Positions 23,213-34,603 of a DNA stretch of 64,000 nucleotides are shown piece after piece. The stretch covers positions 1,903,742-1,967,741 of the forward strand of contig OY759969.1 of NCBI GenBank assembly GCA_963662865.1, given 5' to 3'. This DNA is from Gammaproteobacteria bacterium (lineage in GTDB: Bacteria; Pseudomonadota; Gammaproteobacteria; JAJDYQ01). The notes under the pieces are model-generated. The model did no database searches and had not been told where the DNA came from. It saw only the letters and a list, made by a program, of their open reading frames with translations. Positions within the stretch are counted from its first letter, which is position 1. Each line of letters opens with the position of its first letter. Position numbers and translations under genes: made by a program.

Positions 23213-23301
23213 ATCAAAGTTTCCCTGAAATCAAGTCAACTATCCCGACAGAACGGTATGCTTTACAATTACAGCAGGTTAAAAACATAAGGAGACCGCT
23301 C

Positions 23302-24294
23302 GTGAAATCACCCGCTCAGATTACGGTTACCGGAGCCGCTGGTAATATCGGATATGCCCTTGTCTTTCGCATAGCATCCGGGCAGATGCTTGGAGAAGAT
23401 CAGCCCGTCATTCTCAGACTGCTGGAAGTGCCTCAGTCCGTGGCTGCCCTGAGGGGTGTCGCCATGGAACTGGAAGATTGTGCGTTTCCCCTGTTGCAGG
23501 ATATCGTGCTCACTGACGATTTATCGATGGGCTTTCGCGGTAGTGATTATGCCCTTCTGGTTGGCGCCAAGCCGCGCTCCAAAGACATGGAGCGAAGCGA
23601 TCTGATCACTGATAACGCGAGAATATTCGCCGCCCAGGGACGGGCCATAAATGAGCACGCGGCAAGAGATATCCGCGTGCTGGTGGTCGGTAATCCGGCC
23701 AACAGTAACGCCTTGATTGCCGCAACTAATGCGCCGGATATTAATCGTCAAAATTTTACCGCCATGACTCGGCTTGACCATAATCGCGCCAAGACACAGG
23801 TCGCAATCAAAACCGACCATCCGGTGGCGGATGTAAAGCATATGACCATATGGGGCAATCATTCTTCCACCCAGTTTCCCGATCTGAGTAACTGCCTCAT
23901 CAATGGGACACCGGCTTTTGATCTGGTCACCAAAGACTGGGCAACTGACTATTTCATTCCCACGGTGCAGCGTCGTGGCACAGCGATTATTGAAGCCAGA
24001 GGGGCTTCATCAGCCGCCTCTGCGGCCAACGCGGCGATTGAGCACATGCGTAGCTGGGTGTTAGGTACGGAAGGAGACGATTGGGTCAGTATGGCAATAC
24101 CCAGCGATGAGGGGCACTACGGCATAAAGGAAGGACTGGTTTTTTCTTATCCCGTAACCTGTTCAGACGGGCAATACAAGGTTGTCACAGAGCTGGAAAT
24201 TGATGATTACATGCAAAAGAAACTTGAAGCCACTGAGCAGGAACTGATTGAGGAGCGCGATACTATATCGGATCTCCTGGAACCCGGGAATTAG
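23302..24294 (+). CDS. mdh: Malate dehydrogenase (NAD-dependent, type 2 family)
   Basis: 330 aa. Contains [12 protein letters not shown], a Rossmann motif typical of MDH2 type. Confidence 0.9.
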   Translation: MKSPAQITVTGAAGNIGYALVFRIASGQMLGEDQPVILRLLEVPQSVAALRGVAMELEDCAFPLLQDIVLTDDLSMGFRGSDYALLVGAKPRSKDMERSDLITDNARIFAAQGRAINEHAARDIRVLVVGNPANSNALIAATNAPDINRQNFTAMTRLDHNRAKTQVAIKTDHPVADVKHMTIWGNHSSTQFPDLSNCLINGTPAFDLVTKDWATDYFIPTVQRRGTAIIEARGASSAASAANAAIEHMRSWVLGTEGDDWVSMAIPSDEGHYGIKEGLVFSYPVTCSDGQYKVVTELEIDDYMQKKLEATEQELIEERDTISDLLEPGN

Positions 24295-24321
24295 CGCAGG
24301 GGCTCGGGGTAAAATCAAAAG

Positions 24322-24353
24322 GCCCTGACAGGTCGGGATGGACTTGTCAGGGC
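24322..24353. terminator. Long hairpin between convergent mdh and prc
   Basis: GCCCTGACAGGTC-GGGATG-GACTTGTCAGGGC. The minus-strand side is followed by CTTTTGATTTT. Confidence 0.5.
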
Positions 24354-24372
24354 ACGGAAGACAGCAATACGA

Positions 24373-26460
24373 TTAAAGAGGATGCGCTGCGTATCGGCCA
24401 CGCAGCATATGGATATAGTCCGCAAGGATACGGGCCGCCTCTTCCAGCTTGATTTTCAGAACGGGATCATCATCGTCTTCTTCGATGAAATCGTCGTCAT
24501 CCCCGTCCTTATCTTCCAGAGTCAGTCGTTCCATACCCCGTGATTCACGAAACAGGTTTTCCAGTTCCAGATTGCGTCGTTGTATCTCGTCACGCTCCTT
24601 ACGCCGTATTTTTTCCACCAGGCTGATGGCCTTTTTATCCTGTGCCTTACGCAGTTCACCGGCCAGCGAAATCAGATACTTGAAGCCGGCATCTCTGGCA
24701 ACACGGGATTTATGCTGATCACGCAGATATTCCACGTTAAACCAGTCACCCGACATGCGTGTAAAATTCGCCGGTTCTACCCTGGCCCATGGCAAGGCGT
24801 TATCGAGTGACCGCTCACCACGGTCATCCTCTATATTTGTCGTTGGAAAAACGATGTCCGGGCGTACCCCCCGATGCTGGGTGCTGTCTCCATTGATACG
24901 GAAAAACTGAGCCACCGTTACCTTGAGCTGACCCAGATTTTCCGCACTCTTCCCATAATTATTCAAGTCAACCAGGGTTTGTACCGTGCCTTTGCCAAAG
25001 GTCGGTTCACCGATAACGATTGCACGACCATAATCCTGCATTGCACCCGCAAAGATCTCGGACGCGGACGCACTGCTCTGATTCACCAGAACGGCCAGAG
25101 GCCCATCGTAGATGACCGCAGGGTCGGGGTCTTCATTAATGTCAATATCGCCACGGGTCCCCTTGACCTGCACGACCGGCCCTTGTGGAATAAACAGGCC
25201 AGTAAGCTCCGTCGCCTCCGCCAGCGAACCACCGCCATTGTCACGCAGGTCAATCAGCAGGCCATCAATTTCCTGGCGCTGCAATTCGCCGATCAGCTTT
25301 CTCACGTCCCTGGTGGTGCTTCTGTAATTGGCGTCACCGCGGGATCGAGCCTCAAAATCGAGGTAAAATGTCGGCAGATCAATAACACCGACCCTGGTCG
25401 CCATTGATTCGCCGGGAATCTCGATGATGGAGGATTTGGCCGATTGCTCTTCGAGTTTGATCTTGTCGCGCACCAGAGTAATTTCCTTCGTTGGTCCGTC
25501 AACGCCAGAGCGATAGGGCAGCAACAGCAAACGAACCATGGAGTTTTTCGGGCCACGGATCAACTCGACCACATCCTGCAAACGCCAACCAATCACGTCA
25601 ATCATTTCACCCTGATCCTGTGCAACGCCGATAATGCGGTCGCGGGATTTTAGCTGGTTACTGAAATCTGCCGGCCCACCGGGAATAATTTTCTGCACTA
25701 CCGTGTGTTCATTCTTGATTCGAAGCGACGCACCAATACCTTCAAGGGACAGGCGCATGTTGATATTAAAATTTTCCGAGTTGTGCGGGGAAAAATAAGT
25801 CGTATGAGGGTCTATTGAATTGGTGTATGAATTGACAAACACTTGATAGACATCATTTACCGTCTGTTGGTTTGCCCGTCTCAATATCCGTTCATATCGC
25901 TTAGTCAGCGTTTCCGTTATTTCTTCCGGATCCTTCCCGGAGAGGCGCAAATTCAGAATGTCATTTTTGACACGCTTACGCCAGAGGTCGTCCATCTGTG
26001 ACTCACCGGATAACCAGGGCTCTCCTTCGTAATCGACGCGATATTTCTCATTGATCGTCAGGTCATGCTCCCGATTGAGCAGTTCCAGCGCATGGTGAAC
26101 ACGCTCTTCGACCCTGAGCTTGTACACATTATAGATTTCAAAGGCCGGAGAGGTGTCCGACCCGCGGAACGCGTCATCCAGACGGTAACGATATTTTTCA
26201 AAAGCCGCGATATCAGCGGAAAGGAAAAAATGCTTGTTGGGGTCAAGTGTTTCAATATAACGGTCCAACATCGCTGAAGACAGTCCATCATCAAGGCTGG
26301 GGCGGCTGTAATGAATGCTACTGACAAGGTCCGCTATCAGTCTGGTCGATCTGTCCTGGGTGGCCCCCGGCACCAATATGGTCGCGCCACCCACCATGAT
26401 AGATGTAATGACCGCCAACAACACGGCAAACCATTTTATGATCTTGCTGGACGTATCCAT
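24373..26460 (-). CDS. prc: Carboxy-terminal processing (tail-specific) protease
   Basis: 695 aa with PDZ and S41 peptidase domains and an N-terminal signal anchor. Confidence 0.9.
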   Translation of the reverse strand: MDTSSKIIKWFAVLLAVITSIMVGGATILVPGATQDRSTRLIADLVSSIHYSRPSLDDGLSSAMLDRYIETLDPNKHFFLSADIAAFEKYRYRLDDAFRGSDTSPAFEIYNVYKLRVEERVHHALELLNREHDLTINEKYRVDYEGEPWLSGESQMDDLWRKRVKNDILNLRLSGKDPEEITETLTKRYERILRRANQQTVNDVYQVFVNSYTNSIDPHTTYFSPHNSENFNINMRLSLEGIGASLRIKNEHTVVQKIIPGGPADFSNQLKSRDRIIGVAQDQGEMIDVIGWRLQDVVELIRGPKNSMVRLLLLPYRSGVDGPTKEITLVRDKIKLEEQSAKSSIIEIPGESMATRVGVIDLPTFYLDFEARSRGDANYRSTTRDVRKLIGELQRQEIDGLLIDLRDNGGGSLAEATELTGLFIPQGPVVQVKGTRGDIDINEDPDPAVIYDGPLAVLVNQSSASASEIFAGAMQDYGRAIVIGEPTFGKGTVQTLVDLNNYGKSAENLGQLKVTVAQFFRINGDSTQHRGVRPDIVFPTTNIEDDRGERSLDNALPWARVEPANFTRMSGDWFNVEYLRDQHKSRVARDAGFKYLISLAGELRKAQDKKAISLVEKIRRKERDEIQRRNLELENLFRESRGMERLTLEDKDGDDDDFIEEDDDDPVLKIKLEEAARILADYIHMLRGRYAAHPL

Positions 26461-26568
26461 CCTTACTCTCCCGGCTGAATCAGCATTACAGACTGTTTAT
26501 AACACTAAAGTCGCTGACAAGTTCACATTTCCGGCGCTATAGTACCGCCTTGACCACATATTAGGGAA

Positions 26569-27342
26569 ATGGCGATGCTTACAGTCATCTCTCCAGCCAA
26601 AAAGCTGGACTTTGATACATCCGGGAAGCCCTTCGATACAACCAGACCGGCGCTACTTCCGGAATCACGGAAACTAAACAAAATTCTGCGTGAGTATTCA
26701 TCCCCGGATTTAATGGAGCTCATGCACATCAGTTCAAATATTGCCGAGTTAAACGTGGAACGCAATCACCAGTGGAAGACACCATTCACCGAAAAGAATG
26801 CCAGCCCCGCTATAATGGCCTTCAAAGGGGATGTTTATCAGAGCTTGAATGCTGAGACCCTGAATAAAAATGATCTGGAGTTTGGCCAGAAATATCTTCG
26901 CATACTGTCCGGCCTGTATGGTATTTTGCGCCCAATGGATCTTATGCAGGCTTACCGGCTTGAAATGGGGACCCGATTGCAGAATCCACGAGGGAAAAAC
27001 CTCTATGACTTCTGGGGGAATGCCATAACCGAAAAACTTGACGAGGAATTGGCGGGACACAAATCCAGGACGCTTGTCAATCTGGCCTCAAATGAATATT
27101 TCAAGGTCGTCAAGCCCGGGATTCTCAACGCCGATATCATTACGCCCGCTTTCAGGGAGCGCAGGGATGGCGATTTCAAAATAATTGGCATTCTCGCCAA
27201 GAAAGCCCGGGGGTTAATGAGCCGATTCATCATCAAAAACAGAATAGACAATCCGGATGATCTGAAGGGATTTGATCTGGACGGATATCGGTTCAATGAA
27301 TCCTTATCCACGGACAGGAACTGGGCCTTTACTCGCGGATAA
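26569..27342 (+). CDS. yaaA: Peroxide stress protein YaaA (UPF0246)
   Basis: 257 aa, collinear with E. coli YaaA (ISPAKKLDF.., LSGLYGILRP.., KKARGLMSRFII). Confidence 0.85.
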   Translation: MAMLTVISPAKKLDFDTSGKPFDTTRPALLPESRKLNKILREYSSPDLMELMHISSNIAELNVERNHQWKTPFTEKNASPAIMAFKGDVYQSLNAETLNKNDLEFGQKYLRILSGLYGILRPMDLMQAYRLEMGTRLQNPRGKNLYDFWGNAITEKLDEELAGHKSRTLVNLASNEYFKVVKPGILNADIITPAFRERRDGDFKIIGILAKKARGLMSRFIIKNRIDNPDDLKGFDLDGYRFNESLSTDRNWAFTRG

Positions 27343-27451
27343 ATCATACCCTTACTCACATTGCTTCAAGCATAATCTGCCGGAAATTATCGGTGCATTG
27401 AGCGGGTAATCTCGCTAGAATGCACACCTTACAGCAACCACCTTTCATGCC

Positions 27452-28588
27452 ATGTCTTTCAGGAATATTTTTGTCTCGCTAACGCTTTTACTCTGGACGC
27501 TCGGCGGTTTTGCCGCGCCCCTGATTCCCGCGCCACCAGACTTCAAGGCCGGCGGCTACGTTTTGATGGATCATGCAACGGGCAGCTTCCTGTTGGAGAA
27601 AAACGCCGACACGCCTCTGGAACCAGCCAGCCTGACCAAGATAATGACGGCTTATATTGTCTTCGATGAACTCAAGGAGGGCCGGCTGACATTGGAGGAA
27701 GAAACCATCGTAAGTGAAAAGGCCTGGAGAACCGGTGGCTCTCGCATGTTTATCGAGGCAAACAAATCGGTTTCCATCAACGACCTGCTTCATGGGCTGA
27801 TCATTCAATCCGGAAATGACGCCGCAGTGGCCCTGGCCGAGCATGTCGCGGGGTCTGAAGAGATGTTTGCAGACATGATGAATCAGAAAGCGAAGGCACT
27901 TGGCATGAACAATACCAATTTCGTGAATGCCGCGGGCTGGCCGGCGGACGACCATGTCACCACGGCAAGAGATCTGGCCATACTGGCGCGTGCAATGATC
28001 GATAATTTCCCGGACCTGTATCAACTGCACGCCGTCAGGTCCTACGAGTACAATGAGATTAAACAGTACAACCGGAACAAACTACTGTGGCGAGACGGCT
28101 CTGTCGATGGCATCAAAACCGGTCATACCAGGGCCGCAGGATACTGTCTGGTGGCCTCCGCGGCCCGTAACAATATGCGCCTGATCTCGGTCATTCTGGG
28201 CATGTCCAGCGAGCGGGCCCGCAACCGCTCTTCTTCCAGATTGCTTGATTTCGGCTTTCGATTCTACGAGTCCAGGGAAATTTATCAGGCAGGACAGGAG
28301 TTGACCCGGGGCCGGATATGGAAGGGCGAAAAACAGAAGATCAGCCTGGGATTGGCTGACAAGCTGACCGTTACAATCCCCAGAGGGAGCTACAACACCT
28401 TAAATGCCGAGCTGGAATTCAGCGAAAAAATTGCTGCGCCGGTGAAAAAAGGCACCATCATGGGCAAGGCCATTATTACCCTTGGTGAAAAAAACCTGGC
28501 CACTTTGCCGCTGGTTGCCCTGGAAGATGTCGCTGAGGGCAGTCGCTGGATACGGATGGTGGATTCCATACGGCTCATGATTGAATAA
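27452..28588 (+). CDS. dacA: D-alanyl-D-alanine carboxypeptidase (PBP5/6 family)
   Basis: Signal peptide plus SLTK (SxxK), SGND (SxN) and KTGHT (KTG) motifs. Confidence 0.9.
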   Translation: MSFRNIFVSLTLLLWTLGGFAAPLIPAPPDFKAGGYVLMDHATGSFLLEKNADTPLEPASLTKIMTAYIVFDELKEGRLTLEEETIVSEKAWRTGGSRMFIEANKSVSINDLLHGLIIQSGNDAAVALAEHVAGSEEMFADMMNQKAKALGMNNTNFVNAAGWPADDHVTTARDLAILARAMIDNFPDLYQLHAVRSYEYNEIKQYNRNKLLWRDGSVDGIKTGHTRAAGYCLVASAARNNMRLISVILGMSSERARNRSSSRLLDFGFRFYESREIYQAGQELTRGRIWKGEKQKISLGLADKLTVTIPRGSYNTLNAELEFSEKIAAPVKKGTIMGKAIITLGEKNLATLPLVALEDVAEGSRWIRMVDSIRLMIE

Positions 28589-28590
28589 GG

Positions 28591-29448
28591 ATGACTATAT
28601 TTCTTAACGGCGAATTCCTGCCACTCGAGCGTGCCAGGATTTCCCCGCTTGACCGAGGCTTTCTCTTCGGCGATGGCATTTATGAAGTCATACCGGCTTA
28701 CGCCGGGCGGCTGTTTCGTGTTGAGCAACATCTCCGGCGTTTGCAGAACAGTCTAAACGCTATCCGCATGACTAATCCGTACTCCAGTCAGGAGTGGCAA
28801 AATATCCTGCAGCGCCTGATGTCGAGACAGGATTACGACGACCATATGATATACCTTCAGGTAACACGGGGCGCTGACGGCAATCGCAACCACGCCATAC
28901 CGAAAAATATCGAACCCACTGTTTTCATCATGTCCTCCAGGCTGGAAACGGGACCGGTATCCACGAAGCACCCCGGGGCTCGCGCCATTACTCAAGAAGA
29001 CAACCGCTGGCGGCATTGTGACGTTAAAGCAATCACCCTGCTGGCCAACATTCTGCTACGGCAACGGGCCATTGACCAGGAATGCGCGGAGACATTCCTT
29101 ATTTGCGATGGGCAGGTCACAGAGGGTGCAGCCAGCAATATTTTTATTGTTCGCGACGGGACATTATTTACTCCACCTGCAGGCCCTATGCTACTGCCCG
29201 GTATAACGCGGGACCTGGTTCTGGAAATCGCCAAAAACATTGATTTCCCTCATCGGCAAAAACCCGTTTCCGTAAGTGAATTATTTGCGGCCGATGAAGT
29301 CTGGTTTACCAGCTCCACCAAGGAAATTGTCCCGGTCATATCGGTTGATAACCGGCAGATAGGTACCGGAATTCCCGGCGAAGTCTGGCACAGGTTTACC
29401 GTCGCCTACGGTCATTGCAAAGAGCAACTGATAGCCGCAAGCTTGTAA
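28591..29448 (+). CDS. dat: Class IV aminotransferase, probable D-amino-acid (D-alanine) aminotransferase
   Basis: 285 aa. Contains RGFLFGDGIYEV.., typical of PLP fold-type IV. Confidence 0.7.
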   Translation: MTIFLNGEFLPLERARISPLDRGFLFGDGIYEVIPAYAGRLFRVEQHLRRLQNSLNAIRMTNPYSSQEWQNILQRLMSRQDYDDHMIYLQVTRGADGNRNHAIPKNIEPTVFIMSSRLETGPVSTKHPGARAITQEDNRWRHCDVKAITLLANILLRQRAIDQECAETFLICDGQVTEGAASNIFIVRDGTLFTPPAGPMLLPGITRDLVLEIAKNIDFPHRQKPVSVSELFAADEVWFTSSTKEIVPVISVDNRQIGTGIPGEVWHRFTVAYGHCKEQLIAASL

Positions 29449-29456
29449 GCAAAACA

Positions 29457-29485
29457 AAAAAGGCCCGTTTTTAGCGGGCCTTTGG
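29457..29485. terminator. Bidirectional Rho-independent terminator between dat and rpsI
   Basis: AAAGGCCCG-TTTTTAG-CGGGCCTTT, flanked by A-runs on one side and T-runs on the other. Confidence 0.6.
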
Positions 29486-29505
29486 TACTCTGGCCAGACT
29501 GACAA

Positions 29506-29895
29506 TCAACGCTTGGAGTATTGCGTCCCTTTACGCGCCTTATGCAGACCGACCTTCTTACGTTCAACGGCACGTGCGTCACGTGTCACAAAACCGGCCT
29601 TGCGCAATACCTCGCGCAGGCTTTCATTATAAGCGACCAGAGCGCGGGTGATGCCGTGCCGGATGGCACCGGCCTGTCCGCTGTCACCGCCGCCTTTTAC
29701 GGTAATTCTGAAATCAAGCCTGTCCAGACTTTCAGTTAAAACCAGCGGCTGGCGCACAATCATGCGGCTGGTCTCACGACCAAAATACTCATCCAGTGGT
29801 TGATTATTGACAGTAATATCGCCTTGACCTGCGCTCAGGAAAACACGCGAGGTGCTGCTCTTGCGGCGACCCGTTCCGTAGTATGCTTCGTTCAT
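29506..29895 (-). CDS. rpsI: 30S ribosomal protein S9
   Basis: Starts at the internal Met ([14 protein letters not shown]..). 129 aa, ends ..[11 protein letters not shown]. Confidence 0.9.
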   Translation of the reverse strand: MNEAYYGTGRRKSSTSRVFLSAGQGDITVNNQPLDEYFGRETSRMIVRQPLVLTESLDRLDFRITVKGGGDSGQAGAIRHGITRALVAYNESLREVLRKAGFVTRDARAVERKKVGLHKARKGTQYSKR

Positions 29896-29905
29896 AATTA
29901 AAACC

Positions 29906-30334
29906 CTAAATATCCAGTGGCACGGGTTGCTGGGCCGCATGCCGATGCTCAGTTCCCGCATAAACCTTCAGCTTGGAATACATCTGACGCCCCAGAGGGC
30001 CTTTGGGCATCATCCCCTTAACGGCAGATTTGATTACCCGGTCAGGGTGCTGCTGCAACTGCTTTTCCAGGCTGATGGACTTCAGGCCACCAATGTAACC
30101 GGTGTGACGCTGATAAAGCTTATCCTTCATCTTATTGCCTGTAACGCGTATCTTTTCGGCATTGACGACAATAATATAATCACCTGTATCGACATGTGGC
30201 GTGTATTCAACCTTATGTTTGCCACGCAGACGGCGTGCGATTTCGCTGGCCAGACGGCCCAGAGTCTTACCGTTGGCATCAACCAGATACCAGTTTCTTT
30301 TGACCTCGGCGGGCCTGATACTTTTAGTAGCCAT
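29906..30334 (-). CDS. rplM: 50S ribosomal protein L13
   Basis: Starts at the internal Met ([20 protein letters not shown]..), 142 aa. Confidence 0.9.
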   Translation of the reverse strand: MATKSIRPAEVKRNWYLVDANGKTLGRLASEIARRLRGKHKVEYTPHVDTGDYIIVVNAEKIRVTGNKMKDKLYQRHTGYIGGLKSISLEKQLQQHPDRVIKSAVKGMMPKGPLGRQMYSKLKVYAGTEHRHAAQQPVPLDI

Positions 30335-30587
30335 GGTGGTAAAAAACTTCTTGCTGTCAAAAAGGCGGGCCATATTATCGACAGACTCCCCCGGACACAA
30401 GTGTTTTTGAATGCCGCTTCGCAAAAGCACAGCGAATAATCTGCCATGCCACCCTTTAACCGGGTTTGCGGCCCAAAAACAGACCGCAAACCCAATAACG
30501 CTATTGCCACGCCTGACTTTGGCGAACATCGAAATAGAATTGCAGTGAGGCGCTTCAGCGTACCGGCTGTCAGCACAACGACATTCC

Positions 30588-30893
30588 TTATATTTTCAGC
30601 CGCTCCACCTCTTTTCCTCCCAGCAAATGCCGCTGGAGTATCTCCTCCAGATCTTCCTCGTCAATATAGGTGTACCAGATTTCCTGCGGATAAATCACCA
30701 TCACCGGCCCTTGCTCGCAGCGGTCCAGGCAACCCGCCGTATTGACTCTGATACCGCCTTTGCCAGCCAGCCCCAGTTCCCTGCAACGCCTTTTGAGATA
30801 GGTGCGCCTGCCGGACGCACCGTGGGCTTCACAACATTCGCGCCCGTCTTTACGGCAGTTTGTACAAAAGAATGCGTGATATTTGTAGTACAT
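30588..30893 (-). CDS. Thioredoxin-like [2Fe-2S] ferredoxin
   Basis: 101 aa with four Cys (CTNC..CC..C) in a Trx-like Fd arrangement. Confidence 0.65.
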   Translation of the reverse strand: MYYKYHAFFCTNCRKDGRECCEAHGASGRRTYLKRRCRELGLAGKGGIRVNTAGCLDRCEQGPVMVIYPQEIWYTYIDEEDLEEILQRHLLGGKEVERLKI

Positions 30894-31007
30894 TATCGGC
30901 GTGTCAGGGGGTTACCCGGATGATGTATTCTCGGATAATATACCCAACCAACAGCGAATTTGGATCATAATGACTTTATCCTGCAATTTACTGTACTACC
31001 AGACACC

Positions 31008-32381
31008 ATGAGATCACCCGAATTACTGTCGCCTGCCGGCACGCTGAAAAATATGCGCTACGCCTTCGCCTATGGCGCCGACGCGGTTTACGCCGGTATG
31101 CCGCGCTACAGCCTGCGCGTACGTGAAAATGATTTTCTGGAAGAAAACCTGCTTATCGGGATACAGGAAGCGCACGGGCAGGGAAAACAACTATTTGTGG
31201 CCGCCAACATCATGCCACATGGTTCCAAACTGAAAACATTTCTGGACGATATCGCGCCGGTCATCGAGATGGGGCCGGATGCGCTTATTATGGCCGATCC
31301 CGGGCTGATCATGCTGGTCAGGGAACAGTGGCCGGATATGCCCCTTCATCTTTCCGTCCAGGCAAACACGGTCAATTCAGCCGGAGTAAAATTCTGGCAA
31401 TCCATCGGCCTGAGCCGCATCATATTGTCCCGGGAGTTATCGTTAAAGGAAATCGCCGAAATCCGGGATGCCTGCCCGGATATGGAAATCGAGGTCTTTG
31501 TGCATGGCGCCCTTTGCATGGCCTATTCCGGCCGATGCCTGTTATCCGGCTATTTCAATCACCGTGATGCCAACCAGGGAACCTGTACCAATGCCTGTCG
31601 CTGGGAATACAGGCTGGGAGCGGGCCCGCAAGCCAATCGCACCATCGATATATCGGCAATCAACAAACTGGCGGACAGCGCGGCCATGGCCGGAGAAACT
31701 CAGCGCCATCCCCTGGCAGACCAAGAGTATTACCTGGAAGAGAAAAGCCGACCCGGCGAGTTCATGCCAATCTTCGAAGATGAGCACGGCACTTACATAA
31801 TGAACTCCAGAGATCTCCGCGCCGTGGAGCATGTACACAGATTGACGGAGATAGGCGTTGATTGCCTGAAGATAGAAGGCCGAACCAAGTCTTACTATTA
31901 CACCGCACGCACCGCTCAGGTGTATCGCAGGGCCATCGACGACGCAGTGACTGGCCGACCGTTCGACCCCGCCCTAATGGCGGAGCTGGAAAACCTCGCA
32001 CAGCGCGGCTACACCGATGGCTTTTTTGAACGACATGAATCACAGGAGTTACAGAATTACCGTCGAGGCGCATCAAAGGCAACCAGATCCCGGTTCGTGG
32101 CGGATATCACGCAATACCATGCCGACTCCGGCGAAGCCGATCTGGAGATCAAAAACAGAGTCGCCGTCGGCGATGAGCTCGAACTCATCACACCGGAAGG
32201 CAACGAGAGATTCAAAGTGGACGCCATGCAGACATTAACAGGCGAATCAATTGATGTGGCTCCGGGCAGTGGCTGGAAGGTCCGTATCAAGCTCCCCAGG
32301 CCGATCGGCGATATGGCCATGCTGTCGCGCATGTTCGACACCACCGAAGCAGCAGCAACTCGGGAATTGCAGCAGGGATAA
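31008..32381 (+). CDS. yegQ: Peptidase U32 family protein YegQ/TrhP (tRNA U34 hydroxylation)
   Basis: Starts MRSPELLSPAGTLKNMRYAFAYGADAVYAG.., a typical U32 N-terminus. Conserved Cys cluster present. Confidence 0.85.
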   Translation: MRSPELLSPAGTLKNMRYAFAYGADAVYAGMPRYSLRVRENDFLEENLLIGIQEAHGQGKQLFVAANIMPHGSKLKTFLDDIAPVIEMGPDALIMADPGLIMLVREQWPDMPLHLSVQANTVNSAGVKFWQSIGLSRIILSRELSLKEIAEIRDACPDMEIEVFVHGALCMAYSGRCLLSGYFNHRDANQGTCTNACRWEYRLGAGPQANRTIDISAINKLADSAAMAGETQRHPLADQEYYLEEKSRPGEFMPIFEDEHGTYIMNSRDLRAVEHVHRLTEIGVDCLKIEGRTKSYYYTARTAQVYRRAIDDAVTGRPFDPALMAELENLAQRGYTDGFFERHESQELQNYRRGASKATRSRFVADITQYHADSGEADLEIKNRVAVGDELELITPEGNERFKVDAMQTLTGESIDVAPGSGWKVRIKLPRPIGDMAMLSRMFDTTEAAATRELQQG

Positions 32382-32384
32382 ATC

Positions 32385-33011
32385 ATGTTCCATATCGATC
32401 ACCTGATCAGTGCCTTTGATAATGCGATGCGTACATTACATGGGGTCTGCAACAACAAACGCCCTGATCCGGCCGCCGGCATCAGGCAGACAGACCTATC
32501 GGATAGCGAGCGCGGACATGTTGCCGGCCTGATGCGCGTTGACCATACGGGCGAGGTCTGTGCACAGGCGCTTTACCAGGGACAGGCATTCACCGCCAAA
32601 GACGAATATACACGCCGGCACATGCTGCATGCCGCCGAAGAAGAAACCGATCACCTGGACTGGTGCAAACGGCGGCTTGATGAACTGGGAAGCCATATCA
32701 GCAGACTCAATCCCCTGTGGTATGCCGGTTCCTTTGTCATTGGCGCCGCCGCCGGAGTGGCCGGTAATCGCTGGAACCTGGGTTTTGTCATGGAAGCCGA
32801 ACGCCAGGTGAAGGCCCATCTGGATAAACACCTGGAAGAGTTGCCGAAGCAGGACGAACGCAGCCGGGCAATACTACAGCAGATAAGAGAAGATGAAATC
32901 CGGCATGCGAATAATGCCCTGTACGCAGGGGGCGAACCCTTGCCGGAACCGGTTAAGCGAGGCATGCAATTGATCTCCCGGGTGATGACGACGACGGCTT
33001 ACCGGATTTAA
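32385..33011 (+). CDS. coq7: Demethoxyubiquinone hydroxylase (Coq7-type di-iron)
   Basis: 208 aa with ferritin-like E..H motifs (DHTGEVCAQALYQGQ..). Confidence 0.85.
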   Translation: MFHIDHLISAFDNAMRTLHGVCNNKRPDPAAGIRQTDLSDSERGHVAGLMRVDHTGEVCAQALYQGQAFTAKDEYTRRHMLHAAEEETDHLDWCKRRLDELGSHISRLNPLWYAGSFVIGAAAGVAGNRWNLGFVMEAERQVKAHLDKHLEELPKQDERSRAILQQIREDEIRHANNALYAGGEPLPEPVKRGMQLISRVMTTTAYRI

Positions 33012-33163
33012 TCCATGAATACCTCCTGGCCGCAACAGGCCAGACGGCACCAGCTTGTTCCTCATACTTGGAGAACAACCGGCCAGGGAGACGCCGGTCA
33101 AGTCACAATCTTCCTGACTGACTGTCCGCATAAGGGAATACGCAGTCGGACGGGATATGCGGA

Positions 33164-34603
33164 TCAGCCACCCAGTCTGGAGCGCAGTATGCCGTTCACC
33201 TGCTTCGGATCGGCCCGACCCTGAGAAGCCTTCATGACCTGTCCCACAAGATAGCCCAGCACCTTTTTTTGCCCGGCCCGATACTGTTCAACCTGCTCGG
33301 GGCTGTTCGCCAGTATTTCATCAATCATGCCCTCGATAGCGCCGGCATCGGTAATCTGTCTGAGACCTTTGGCCGCAATAATCGTGTCGGCGTCATCTTC
33401 GGAAGACCACATTTGTTCAAAAATCTGTTTGGCGATTTTGCCTGAAATGGTGTTATCGGCAATGCGTTTAATGATGCCACCCAGCCTTTTCGCACTGACA
33501 GGACTCTGACCGATATCCAGTCCTTCCCTGTTCAGGGCACCGGCCAATTCCACGATCACCCAGTTGGCGCTCAATCTGGCCTCTCCGGTCTCAGTCAGCG
33601 CCTCTTCATAATAATCGGCCATTTCCTTGCTGCCGGTCAGCACCGCAGCGTCATACGCACTCAATCCCAGCTCTTCCATGAAACGGTGACGCTTTTCATT
33701 CGGCAGCTCGGGCATGGTCTGCCGAACGGCCTCTATGTAGTCATCATCAATAATAACCGGCAGTAAATCCGGGTCAGGGAAATAGCGGTAATCGTTAGCC
33801 TCCTCCTTGGATCGCATGGAGCGGGTCTCGTCCTTATCGCTGTCGTACAGGCGCGTTTCCTGAATGATCTCACCGCCGTTTTCCAGAATATCCATCTGCC
33901 GGTTCACCTCGTAATTGATGGCACGCTCGACAAAGCGGAAAGAGTTCAGGTTTTTAATTTCGGTACGTGTACCAAACTCGTCCCGCCCCTTCGGTCGCAC
34001 CGAAACATTTGCATCGCAGCGAAACGAACCTTCCTGCATATTGCCGTCGGATATCCCCAGATACCGAACCAGCGCATGAACGGCTTTCATATAGGCCACA
34101 GCCTCCCTGGCCGAGCGCATGTCCGGCTCGGAAACGATTTCCAGCAGCGGCGTACCCGCCCGGTTCAGATCAATACCGGACATATCCTTGAAGCCCTCGT
34201 GCAGCGACTTTCCGGCATCTTCCTCCAAGTGTGCGCGGGTAATACCGACAACCTTGCTGCTCCTGCCATCGTCCCGATTGATTTCCAGCTCGCCCCTGCC
34301 GACGACAGGCAGATAAAGCTGGGAAATCTGGTATCCTTTGGGTAAATCGGGATAGAAGTAATTCTTGCGGTCAAATACCGAGCGCCTGCCGATTTCCGCG
34401 TTAATACCCAGGCCAAACTTTACCGCTTGACGAAAGACCTCTTCATTCACTACGGGCAAAACCCCGGGCAATCCCAAATCAACCGCGCAGGCCTGTGTAT
34501 TCGGCTCAGCACCGTAGGCCGTGGAAGCGCCGGAAAATATCTTGCTCCGAGTGGCAAGTCGAACGTGAATCTCCAGGCCGATAACCGTTCCCCACTGCAT
34601 CAC
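33164..34603 (-). CDS. gatB: Asp/Glu-tRNA amidotransferase subunit B
   Basis: 479 aa, conserved. Confidence 0.95.
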   Translation of the reverse strand: MMQWGTVIGLEIHVRLATRSKIFSGASTAYGAEPNTQACAVDLGLPGVLPVVNEEVFRQAVKFGLGINAEIGRRSVFDRKNYFYPDLPKGYQISQLYLPVVGRGELEINRDDGRSSKVVGITRAHLEEDAGKSLHEGFKDMSGIDLNRAGTPLLEIVSEPDMRSAREAVAYMKAVHALVRYLGISDGNMQEGSFRCDANVSVRPKGRDEFGTRTEIKNLNSFRFVERAINYEVNRQMDILENGGEIIQETRLYDSDKDETRSMRSKEEANDYRYFPDPDLLPVIIDDDYIEAVRQTMPELPNEKRHRFMEELGLSAYDAAVLTGSKEMADYYEEALTETGEARLSANWVIVELAGALNREGLDIGQSPVSAKRLGGIIKRIADNTISGKIAKQIFEQMWSSEDDADTIIAAKGLRQITDAGAIEGMIDEILANSPEQVEQYRAGQKKVLGYLVGQVMKASQGRADPKQVNGILRSRLGG

